Source of the DNA: an uncultured SAR86 cluster bacterium
GTDB lineage: Bacteria; Pseudomonadota; Gammaproteobacteria; Magnimaribacterales; AG-339-G14
Direction: 5' to 3'
Length of the DNA stretch: 64,000 bases
Assembly (NCBI GenBank): GCA_902595715.1
Contig: CACJRI010000004.1
Coordinates: forward strand, 16,373 to 80,372
Shown: positions 42,361 through 50,673 of the stretch, one piece after another
Position numbering within the stretch: position 1 is the first letter of the stretch
Layout of the letters: every line of letters begins with the position of its first letter
Made by a program: the position numbers and the translations under genes
Notes under the pieces: generated by a model
Database searches by the model: none
Told to the model about the DNA's origin: nothing
The model's input: the letters and a program-made list of their open reading frames with translations, nothing else

Positions 42361-43341
42361 ATGTTTGAATCAATTTTAATTATTTCAGTAATCATAATTT
42401 CTATCTTATTTGCAGTTTGGGTTTATTCAGAGAAAAAATTAGAAGGTAAATTTTCCAAGACCATCAGCACTATTTCGTTCCCGTTTCCTCTTTTAGCTTT
42501 GTATGCAATTTTTAAACTTAATATTAGCTTTGGTTATATTTTAGTTGGCTTAACTTTGATTTCACTTGTAATTTGGATAATCTCTCGTCGAACCGATTTA
42601 GTGAATTTGCAGAAAGAAGCAAGATCTTTTTTCTTAATCCTCCTTGGGATAACTATTTTTAGATCATTTATTTATGAACCTTTTCAAATTCCTACAGAAT
42701 CTATGATTCCTCAGATACAAGTTGGAGATTTTTTGGTAGTGGATAAATTTTCTTATGGTTTAAAAAATCCTGTAGGAAAATCAACTTGGTTTGAAACAAG
42801 AGAGCCAAAAAAAGGAGAGATGGTTGCATTCATTCCCGAGCATACTATTTGCAGTTCTCCAATTGAGAATGCCTATCCGGAAAAAAACTTCGATAGCTCT
42901 CAGGAATATCTTTGGCAACGTTATAGCGAAGCTTGCACTCCCTTGGGTCTTACTTTTGTAAAAAGATTAATAGCAAAAGAAGGAGATGAAGTTATTTATC
43001 GAAACAAAGAATTGATAGTGAATGGTAAAAAATTAAAAAGAGAGTTTTTATCTTCAAATGATGATGAAATTTATTTAAAAGAGTTCTATAAAGATAAGGC
43101 TTACACGATAAGACTGTTAGAAAACTATAGGAATCAACTCACATACGGAGCTGAACGTAAATGGGTGGTACCAAAAGATTATTATTTCGTAATGGGCGAC
43201 AACAGAGATAACAGCGCTGACAGCAGAAGTTGGGGTTTTGTACCAAAACAAAATGTTGTTGGCAAACCAGCTTTCATATGGATGCATTGGGAGTGCTTAA
43301 CCTGTATTCCATCTTTTTCAAGGAATAAATTTTTGAATTAA
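42361..43341 (+). CDS. lepB: Signal peptidase I
   Basis: RSFIYEPFQIPT.SM.P (Ser), FVKRLI (Lys), YFVMGDNRDNS.DSR.WGFVP. Confidence 0.95.
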   Translation: MFESILIISVIIISILFAVWVYSEKKLEGKFSKTISTISFPFPLLALYAIFKLNISFGYILVGLTLISLVIWIISRRTDLVNLQKEARSFFLILLGITIFRSFIYEPFQIPTESMIPQIQVGDFLVVDKFSYGLKNPVGKSTWFETREPKKGEMVAFIPEHTICSSPIENAYPEKNFDSSQEYLWQRYSEACTPLGLTFVKRLIAKEGDEVIYRNKELIVNGKKLKREFLSSNDDEIYLKEFYKDKAYTIRLLENYRNQLTYGAERKWVVPKDYYFVMGDNRDNSADSRSWGFVPKQNVVGKPAFIWMHWECLTCIPSFSRNKFLN

Positions 43342-43343
43342 GA

Positions 43344-44015
43344 ATGAGTCTTGTTGAGTTAGAAAATTCTATTGGTTATAAATTTAAAAACAAGAAACTT
43401 TTAGACGAGGCTATTACGCACAAAAGTATAAACTCTGATTTCAACAATGAAAGGTTAGAATTCCTTGGCGATTCAGTAATTTCACTTGTTGTTTCAGAAG
43501 CCTTGCATTTTGAAGAGAGTTCTCTAGACGAAGGAAAATTAAGTATTTACCGCTCTAGAATCGTAAGTAGATCTTCATTGAGTAAAGCGGGCCTGAAAAT
43601 AAAATTAGATAAGTATTTACATGCAGGTTCAGCGCTTAAGAATAATCAAAACCTAACAGAAACTATCATCGGGAACACTTTAGAAGCTCTCATTGGAGCT
43701 ATTTTTCTTGATTCAGATTTTTTAAAAGCAAAAGAAATTACCTTGTCTATTTTAGATATAGATTTTTCTAAACTTTTATTAGAAGAACAGAAAGATTCTA
43801 AAACTCTTCTTCAGGAATTTTTACAGTCTTTAGACGAAGATTTGCCTGAATACGTAACTACTGAAAAAAAGCAAAATGGAGAAATTTATTTTATCTCTAA
43901 GGTAACTTTGCCGATACATGGTGTTTTTGGTGAAGGACAAGGAAAAAGTAAAAAATTAGCTGAACAAGAGGCCGCTTCAAACGTTTTAATCATGCTGAAT
44001 AAAGATGGAAAATAA
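43344..44015 (+). CDS. rnc: Ribonuclease III
   Basis: NERLEFLGDS, EALIGAIFLD, dsRBD K..LQE...G.SKK.AEQ.AA. Confidence 0.97.
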   Translation: MSLVELENSIGYKFKNKKLLDEAITHKSINSDFNNERLEFLGDSVISLVVSEALHFEESSLDEGKLSIYRSRIVSRSSLSKAGLKIKLDKYLHAGSALKNNQNLTETIIGNTLEALIGAIFLDSDFLKAKEITLSILDIDFSKLLLEEQKDSKTLLQEFLQSLDEDLPEYVTTEKKQNGEIYFISKVTLPIHGVFGEGQGKSKKLAEQEAASNVLIMLNKDGK

Positions 44016-44898
44016 ATTTGGTTTTGTTTCGTTATCAGGCCGAACAAATGTTGGCAAATCAACCTTGCTTAATGCTTTCTTTCAAAAAAAGATTGCCATT
44101 ACTTCGAGAAAACCGCAGACCACTCGCAATCGTATTTTAGGGATACTCACAGAAGAAAAATCTCAAATCGTTTTTCTAGATACTCCTGGGGTACATCTAG
44201 GATATAAAAGGCAGCTTAACAAATTCATGAATAAAATCGCCTCTCACTGCTATGAAGAGGTAGATCTTGTTCTCTTTTTAATTGATCGTTTTAAGTGGCA
44301 AAAGGAAGAAGAAAGTATTCTCAAAAGGTTAAAAAACCTCAATAAGCCTGTAGTTTTAGTCATAAACAAAATAGATAGATTGAGAGATAAAACCAAGCTA
44401 TTAGCATTTATCAAAGATATTAGTGAAAAATTTAATTTTTTATCTATTGTTCCAATATCCGCATTGAAAAAAGATAATTTGATGGAATTGAAAAATGTAA
44501 TTTTAAATAATCTGGAAACTGGTCCACATCATTTTCCAGAAGACTCTCTAACAGAGTTTTCAGATAATTTTTTTATCTCAGAAATAATTAGAGAAAAAGC
44601 GATCAATAGATTGGGCGATGAATTACCTTATCGTCTGAATGTCGTGATTGAAAAAATTGATGATTCAAAAAAGCTTAAGACCATCTATGCAGCCGTCATT
44701 ACTGAGTCTCAGAGTCAAAAAGGAATCATCCTTGGCAAGCAGGGCAGTATGATTAAAGCCATCGGAACAGCTGCCAGAAAAGAATTGGAAAAAGAGTTTT
44801 CAAAAAAAGTGAACCTTCAACTTTGGGTTAAAGCAAATAAAAATTGGACAAACGATATCAATAAGTTAAAAAAATTTGGTCTTGGAGTTGATTTTTGA
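44005..44898 (+). CDS. era: GTPase Era
   Basis: GRTNVGKSTLLN, KPQTTR, DTPG, NKID, KH domain. Confidence 0.97.
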   Translation: MENKFGFVSLSGRTNVGKSTLLNAFFQKKIAITSRKPQTTRNRILGILTEEKSQIVFLDTPGVHLGYKRQLNKFMNKIASHCYEEVDLVLFLIDRFKWQKEEESILKRLKNLNKPVVLVINKIDRLRDKTKLLAFIKDISEKFNFLSIVPISALKKDNLMELKNVILNNLETGPHHFPEDSLTEFSDNFFISEIIREKAINRLGDELPYRLNVVIEKIDDSKKLKTIYAAVITESQSQKGIILGKQGSMIKAIGTAARKELEKEFSKKVNLQLWVKANKNWTNDINKLKKFGLGVDF

Positions 44899-45593
44899 AG
44901 TCTTTAGGCGCGAATGAAACAGAAGCAATTCTATTACTAAGTAGAAAGTTCTCAGAAACCAGTCTGATTTGCGAAATTTTTACTAGAAAAAATGGCAGAG
45001 TTTCTGTCATAGCCAAAGGAGCTCGATCAAAAAAAAACAAATTTCAAAATGTTGCTGCTCCAAATATTTTAGCCAACATTAACTATTCTGGTAAAAGCGA
45101 ACTAAAGACCTTAACTTATTGGGAAGAAATTAAATACTTTCAAATACTTGGAAAAAATTTAAAAATTTTACTGTATCTCAATGAATTGATTTTCAAATTA
45201 ATAGAAAAGGAAGTTAAACAAGAGAAAATTTTTGATGCCGTAATTAATTTTTACAAGATCTTAGAATTGGGAGAAGCTAAAAATATTGAGATATCTTTAA
45301 GAGAGTTTGAATATTTTTTAATTTGTGAACTTGGCTATGGTTTTAATTTTCAAATCGATGACAAAGGAAAAGAGATACAAAAAGATGGAATCTACTATTT
45401 TCATCCAGCTCAAGGTTTCTCAGAAAAACCTTTAAATAATTTTTTAAAAGTCTCTGGAATTGATATCATAAATTTTACTAATGGAAAAATCACTTCTTCT
45501 TCAGCAAGAAGTAAAATAAAAAAAATTATGCAACTTGCCATCACCTACATTGCTGAAAAACCTATGAACGCGGGAGCAATATTCAATGACTAA
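44895..45593 (+). CDS. recO: DNA repair protein RecO
   Basis: ETSLI.EIFT...GR...AKGAR, YLNEL, LREFE; position after era. Confidence 0.88.
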   Translation: MKSLGANETEAILLLSRKFSETSLICEIFTRKNGRVSVIAKGARSKKNKFQNVAAPNILANINYSGKSELKTLTYWEEIKYFQILGKNLKILLYLNELIFKLIEKEVKQEKIFDAVINFYKILELGEAKNIEISLREFEYFLICELGYGFNFQIDDKGKEIQKDGIYYFHPAQGFSEKPLNNFLKVSGIDIINFTNGKITSSSARSKIKKIMQLAITYIAEKPMNAGAIFND

Positions 45594-45972
45594 ATTAAGA
45601 AGCGGAATAGATTTGGTAAAGGTCTCAAGATTGGCAAAGGCTTATGAGAACTTTGGTCTTAGATTTTTGCACAGAATTTATGACAATCTTGAGATCGAAC
45701 AATTTCAAAAAAAATCTACTAGGGCTAAACCTTTCTTTTTAGCAAAAAATTTTGCTGGCAAAGAAGCTGTATCAAAAGTCATAGGCTATGGCTTCACCAA
45801 TGGCGTCAGACCAAAAGACATTGTGATACTAAGAAAATATGGGGGCCCAAAAGTTAAACTTAATGGAAGAGCAAAATTATTGGCAAAAGCGCAAGGGCTT
45901 AAAGACATTTCCCTAAGCTTAAGCGATACCGAAGAACACGCCACTGCAATGGCTGTAGCTATCACCGAATGA
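45586..45972 (+). CDS. acpS: Holo-ACP synthase
   Basis: GIDLV, FAGKEA.SK..G.G, G.P, SLS. Confidence 0.9.
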   Translation: MTKLRSGIDLVKVSRLAKAYENFGLRFLHRIYDNLEIEQFQKKSTRAKPFFLAKNFAGKEAVSKVIGYGFTNGVRPKDIVILRKYGGPKVKLNGRAKLLAKAQGLKDISLSLSDTEEHATAMAVAITE

Positions 45973-46616
45973 ATCTCATTATTTTAGGCCCACCCGGAGC
46001 TGGTAAAGGTACCCAAGCAGCTTTTATTGCTTCAGAAAAAAACATTCCGCATATCTCTACAGGCGACATGTTACGAGAAGCCATTAAGAATGGAACAGAA
46101 TTAGGCATACAGGCAAAGGCAGTAATGGATGCTGGAAACTTGGTTTCTGATGAGCTAATCATCGAATTGGTCAAAGAGAGGATTTCACAAGACGATTGTA
46201 AAAATGGCTTTTTATTTGATGGTTTTCCTAGGACCATACCTCAAGCTGCAGCACTTCAGGAAAATAACGTTGACATAAATGGGGTCATAGAATTAGTTGT
46301 TGCAGATGACGAAATTATCAAAAGAATGTCTGGTCGAAGAATCCACTTGGCGTCTGGTAGAACATACCATGTTGATTTCAATCCACCCAAAAAAACCGGG
46401 CTAGATGATGAAACGGGCGACGAACTTATCATGAGAAAAGATGATGAGCCAGAAACAGTCAAAGACCGTCTAAAAGTCTATTGGACTCAAACTCAACCGT
46501 TGATTGAATATTATTCAAATTTTAAAAACGCCTCAGATTTCAAGTATCTTACTGTTGATGGCACTTTAACCGTTGAGGAAATTAAAAATAATATTAAAGA
46601 CTTTTTATCTCAGTAA
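45969..46616 (+). CDS. adk: Adenylate kinase
   Basis: GPPGAGKGTQ, ISTGDMLR, DGFPRT, LID SGR.YH. Confidence 0.98.
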   Translation: MNLIILGPPGAGKGTQAAFIASEKNIPHISTGDMLREAIKNGTELGIQAKAVMDAGNLVSDELIIELVKERISQDDCKNGFLFDGFPRTIPQAAALQENNVDINGVIELVVADDEIIKRMSGRRIHLASGRTYHVDFNPPKKTGLDDETGDELIMRKDDEPETVKDRLKVYWTQTQPLIEYYSNFKNASDFKYLTVDGTLTVEEIKNNIKDFLSQ

Positions 46617-47288
46617 ATGACCAACATTTTAGCTATTGAAACCTCTTCGGTTTACTGTTCAATTGGCTTGGCAAAAAATAAAGAAATTTATATTGAGCAT
46701 TCTCAGGAAGAAAATACTCATGGTAAAAATATTTTTGGTTTTATAGATAACCTCCTTAAGAAATCTCAACTTGAAAAAGAAGAGCTAGACTTCATTGCCT
46801 TGAGTGTTGGCCCAGGATCTTTTACAGGGTTAAGGGTAGGGTGTTCTGTAGCACAAGGCCTTGCGTTTGGTTTGCAAAAGAAAATCTTACCTCTGTCTAG
46901 TCTTTGGGTTTTAGCTCAAACTGTTCTTTTGGAACACAAAGCCAAAGAACTTTTTATTGTCAAAGAAGCACATATGAACGACTTATATGTTGGTAAATTT
47001 ACAAGAAAAAATAATGATTTGGCTCACCCTTTAATCAACGATGCTGCCATTAAGAAAACAGAACTTTCTGATTTTATTTCTTCAGATAATAAGGAAATCA
47101 TATGTAGCGATTGTCATGAGTTTTTAGACTACTTAATTAAGCCAAATCTTTTAGAAACAAATAACCATGCAAAAGGTTTATTACACTTAGCCTGTTATCT
47201 CGATGATTTAGATACTAGATTGAAAAATCCTGAAGAGGTATACCCCGCTTACCTTTCAGGCACCGATCAATGGAAGAGAGTTAAATAA
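46617..47288 (+). CDS. tsaB: tRNA threonylcarbamoyladenosine biosynthesis protein TsaB
   Basis: ILAIETS, GPGSFTGLRVG..VAQGLA, P.YL. Confidence 0.92.
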   Translation: MTNILAIETSSVYCSIGLAKNKEIYIEHSQEENTHGKNIFGFIDNLLKKSQLEKEELDFIALSVGPGSFTGLRVGCSVAQGLAFGLQKKILPLSSLWVLAQTVLLEHKAKELFIVKEAHMNDLYVGKFTRKNNDLAHPLINDAAIKKTELSDFISSDNKEIICSDCHEFLDYLIKPNLLETNNHAKGLLHLACYLDDLDTRLKNPEEVYPAYLSGTDQWKRVK

Positions 47289-48065
47289 ATGGAAGTTTTG
47301 CAAATTCTAATTTTGTCGGTCATTCAAGGCTTAACTGAATTTTTACCTATTTCTAGTTCTGCACACTTGATAATCACTTCCACAATCTTAGATCAAGAGA
47401 CCCAATCAATCACTTTTGATATTTTTGCTCATGGTGGCAGTTTATTTGCAGTAATTATTTATTTTAGAGCAGAACTAACTGACGCTTTAAAAGATTACAA
47501 ATTATCTTCAAGTAATTCTTTTTTAAACAAATTGTTGCTTGGATCCTTGCCAATATTAATTACAGGATTTTTATTAAGAGATTTCATTTCAGAAAATTTA
47601 AGGACTCTAGACATTATTGCGCTTTCAACTATTTTTTTTGGTATTCTTCTTTGGATTGCTGATAGATCTTCAAAAGATAAAACGCCTTATGAATCAGTAA
47701 CTCTTAAACATGCTTTTTTCATTGGCTTAGCTCAATGCTTGGCTTTGATTCCAGGAACCAGCCGTTCGGCGATCACAATAATTTGTGCTTTATTCTTGAG
47801 TTACTCCAGAACGGTTGCCTCAAAGTTTGCTTTCATGCTTGCAATACCTACTTTGGGTATTATTTTCCTTTCCGAAATTATCGCCTTAGGATTTACCTCA
47901 TCAGAAATAAATTGGCTTGATGTTCTTTTGGTTTCAACCTTTTCATTTTTAAGTTCTTACTTATGCATTGGAATTTTTTTAAACCTTATTGAAAGAATAG
48001 GCTTTACACCTTTTGTCGTCTATAGAGTTTTACTCGGGATTTTTTTACTTTTCTTAGCCTACTAA
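47289..48065 (+). CDS. uppP: Undecaprenyl-diphosphate phosphatase
   Basis: QGLTEFLPISSSAH, AQ.LALIPGTSRS, F..YR. Confidence 0.96.
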   Translation: MEVLQILILSVIQGLTEFLPISSSAHLIITSTILDQETQSITFDIFAHGGSLFAVIIYFRAELTDALKDYKLSSSNSFLNKLLLGSLPILITGFLLRDFISENLRTLDIIALSTIFFGILLWIADRSSKDKTPYESVTLKHAFFIGLAQCLALIPGTSRSAITIICALFLSYSRTVASKFAFMLAIPTLGIIFLSEIIALGFTSSEINWLDVLLVSTFSFLSSYLCIGIFLNLIERIGFTPFVVYRVLLGIFLLFLAY

Positions 48066-48905
48066 TTGTCTTTTGATGCTCCACCCACTATATTTTTGAA
48101 CCACATAAAAGATGTAGGATATGAATCTAATGATTCTAGGAATCTTTGTTTCTTTTGCAAAAACTTCTCTTTTTAATAAGCTTTCATACCAATCATTAAC
48201 ATTGGGATGAAGAATATGTATTGGATATCTTGCAGCCTTAAGTCTTGAAACATAAATAAACCATGCAATATCGGGTAAGGTTAGTTCGTTGCCCAAAATG
48301 TAAGTATGGTGAGAAAGTTTTTCATTTATTTCATCAAGATGGAGTTTAAGATTGAGCAATGATTTAGTTGCAGCCTCGTCTGTGATCCCTACTTTTTTAT
48401 AACTCTCCCAAAACTTTCTATTTGCATCGTCTTCTGAATCTTCATTTCCATGTAAGGTAGCCTTTGATTGGGATTTTTCTTTAATTTTTACGTTATTCAA
48501 GAATTTTGGAACTAAGAATTTAAAAGTCACATTTCGAATGTCTAAATGAAGGTCATTTTCTTCAATCATCATCTGATTTATCTCTTCTTCTTTATCTACA
48601 GGTATCAAAGTCATGGGGGGAAATTTATTGTCTAAATACTTAAGGATGTCGTTACTCTCGATATGAACTTCTCCGTCATCAACCAAAACAGGAACCAATG
48701 ATCTCGGAGTAATGCCTTGAAAGTAAGGAGAAAAGTTTTCTTTTTTTTGAAGATTAATATGATGGCCTGTGTAATCTATATTTTTTAATCCCATAAAAAT
48801 TCTTGTTTTCATTGAACAAGCTGAAAAAGTGAAATGAAAGAGATGGATTCCTTTCCAAGAAAGGACTTCTTTTGTTTTAATATCTTCTTGTCTGAGTTTA
48901 ACCAT
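48054..48905 (-). CDS. Glutathione S-transferase family protein
   Basis: S.CSMK.R, VPVLV.DG...ESNDI..YLD, LTL.DIAW. Confidence 0.88.
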   Translation of the reverse strand: MVKLRQEDIKTKEVLSWKGIHLFHFTFSACSMKTRIFMGLKNIDYTGHHINLQKKENFSPYFQGITPRSLVPVLVDDGEVHIESNDILKYLDNKFPPMTLIPVDKEEEINQMMIEENDLHLDIRNVTFKFLVPKFLNNVKIKEKSQSKATLHGNEDSEDDANRKFWESYKKVGITDEAATKSLLNLKLHLDEINEKLSHHTYILGNELTLPDIAWFIYVSRLKAARYPIHILHPNVNDWYESLLKREVFAKETKIPRIIRFISYIFYVVQKYSGWSIKRQLVG

Positions 48906-48919
48906 CGTTTTTTACTAAC

Positions 48920-49693
48920 ATGAACAATTTTACAGAAAGAAAGCCATTTGTATCTTATCTTTCGAAAAATGAAATCAGATTTGCAGAACAATTTGCTTCC
49001 AAACACAACTTGGAATTAATCACACCAAGAAACTTAAGGATCTCCGAAACACACAAGCAAGTCATATGGGCATCAGCCAAAAACCTTGCATTGCAAGATT
49101 TGGCAATAAAGAACTCAAAACCTTTTGTCATCGATTACATGGACTTTAAAAAAATTATGGCTAAATCATCTTTGCTAAAAAAATGTTTTTCTAAAAAAGA
49201 TATTGGTAGAAAAGTGATTGATTTGACCGCAGGATTTTGTATAGATGCTTTAGAAATAAGTTTTCTTGGGTATTCAGTCACTGCCATAGAGAAAAAATCT
49301 TGGCTATATGAATTTACAAATCAATGTATGCAAAACTCAAAGCATAAAGACTTGCAACATTCCATTAATAGAATAGATTTTTTAAATGGCGATTCTCTGG
49401 ATCTTATAAAAAAATATTCGGATCATGAGATTGTCTATCTGGATCAAATGTTTGAACAAAAAAATGATGCAAGAGCCAAAAAAGAAATACAATTTTTAAG
49501 AAATTTGGATTTTGAAGAATTTGATTTAAATAGATTTAAAAAGTCTCTGAAACAAAACAATTTCAAGAAAATCATTTACAAATCAGCTCTGCATAGCAAT
49601 ATGAGCTCGCTTATTAATTTAAAGCCTTCCCGTGTTATAAAAGGGAAAGCATTTAAATACAATATATTTACTTTAGACCAGGAGAACGAATGA
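48920..49693 (+). CDS. RsmJ-like SAM-dependent methyltransferase (divergent)
   Basis: VIDLTAG...DA and VYLDQMF resemble the RsmJ motifs DATAGLG.DA and YLDPMF. Confidence 0.65.
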   Translation: MNNFTERKPFVSYLSKNEIRFAEQFASKHNLELITPRNLRISETHKQVIWASAKNLALQDLAIKNSKPFVIDYMDFKKIMAKSSLLKKCFSKKDIGRKVIDLTAGFCIDALEISFLGYSVTAIEKKSWLYEFTNQCMQNSKHKDLQHSINRIDFLNGDSLDLIKKYSDHEIVYLDQMFEQKNDARAKKEIQFLRNLDFEEFDLNRFKKSLKQNNFKKIIYKSALHSNMSSLINLKPSRVIKGKAFKYNIFTLDQENE

Positions 49694-50058
49694 ATTATCA
49701 AAAAGATGTATCTAACTTTATGATCTTAGGAGAACAAAAAATAGCTTCAGATCTTAATCTTAAAAATGAGCAAACTCAGCTTTATATGAATTTGATCAAA
49801 GAAGAGTTTGAAGAGACCGCGAAAGCATTTGATGATGAAGACTTGGTTGAGGTTGCTGATGGTCTTGCAGATATGGTTTGGGTCATTATGGGTATGTGCA
49901 ATAGCGTAGGCATAGATTTTGATAAGATTTGGGAAGAGGTGCGAAGCTCAAATATGAGTAAATTTGTTGATGGAAAATTCATTAAAAATGATGCTGGGAA
50001 AATTATGAAGCCAGAGACTTATTTCAAACCAAATATAAAAAAAGCTTTGGGTTTATAA
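49690..50058 (+). CDS. MazG-like/PRA-PH nucleoside triphosphate pyrophosphohydrolase
   Basis: LI.EE..E, EVAD.LAD..V, EV..SNMSK, GKI.KP..YF.P. Confidence 0.85.
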   Translation: MNYQKDVSNFMILGEQKIASDLNLKNEQTQLYMNLIKEEFEETAKAFDDEDLVEVADGLADMVWVIMGMCNSVGIDFDKIWEEVRSSNMSKFVDGKFIKNDAGKIMKPETYFKPNIKKALGL

Positions 50059-50060
50059 TC

Positions 50061-50083
50061 CATGCCGCCTTGACGGCGGCATG
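50061..50083. terminator. GC-rich hairpin between convergent genes (probable terminator)
   Basis: CATGCCGCC-TTGAC-GGCGGCATG; only a short U tail. Confidence 0.65.
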
Positions 50084-50095
50084 TTTCGGGGGAGA

Positions 50096-50542
50096 TTATT
50101 CTGTAATTAATTCACCTGAATTAATTTGAATAACTTTTGCTTTTTCCGACTCTGGAATAACCCTTTCTAGGTTTATTTTTAATAAACCATTCTTTAGATC
50201 GGCTGTTTTTACAACAACTTCCGGGGCAAGAGAGAATTGCAATTTAAAGGCCCTCGCAGCAATACCTTGATGTAAGACTTCTCCAGAAGAATTTTTAGAT
50301 CCTTCATGAGTGATGCTCAAGTTGTTTTCTTTAGTTTCAACTGTTAAATCATCTTCACTAAGACCTGCAACTGCAACCTCGATGGTAATATCATTACCTT
50401 CACGTTTGATATTGTAGGGTGGATAAGACCTTGAATCTTCTCCTATCTCACTGAAAGTTCTCAATGAATCGAACAGACTGTCGAATCCTAAGAACCTCGT
50501 TGAAAAGAAAGGATCTGATAAATTTAATAAACTATTTTTCAT
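50096..50542 (-). CDS. ibpA: Small heat-shock protein Hsp20 (IbpA-like)
   Basis: GFD.LF, YPPYNI, E.AVAG, LHQGIA.R.F...F.L, A.L.NGLL.I.L. Confidence 0.93.
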   Translation of the reverse strand: MKNSLLNLSDPFFSTRFLGFDSLFDSLRTFSEIGEDSRSYPPYNIKREGNDITIEVAVAGLSEDDLTVETKENNLSITHEGSKNSSGEVLHQGIAARAFKLQFSLAPEVVVKTADLKNGLLKINLERVIPESEKAKVIQINSGELITE

Positions 50543-50636
50543 AATAAACTCCTTAAAATTTAAGCAAGTTAATAAAAAGACACCTCATTCGAGCATGTCG
50601 ACCTAAGGAAAGATCCCATCACGGCAATCTTTCTCA
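50543..50636 (-). ncRNA. ROSE-type RNA thermometer in the ibpA 5' UTR
   Basis: Three hairpins; the last (50547-50570) reads AACUUGCUUAAAUUUUAAGGAGUU and pairs UUGCU against the AGGA SD, the ROSE hallmark. Confidence 0.8.
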
Positions 50637-50642
50637 ATATTT

Positions 50643-50670
50643 ATATGGAGGTATTTTTTATTTTTTCAAG
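50643..50670 (-). promoter_or_regulatory. Sigma32 promoter of ibpA
   Basis: Minus strand CTTGAA-N14-CTCCATAT, against consensus CTTGAA-N13-15-CCCCATnT. Confidence 0.8.
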
Positions 50671-50673
50671 ACT

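Noticed and set aside
49690-50542. MazG-like and Hsp20 genes as a prophage remnant
   Set aside because: Both families occur in marine phages, but no phage structural or integrase genes or att repeats are seen, and ibpA has host-type sigma32/ROSE control.
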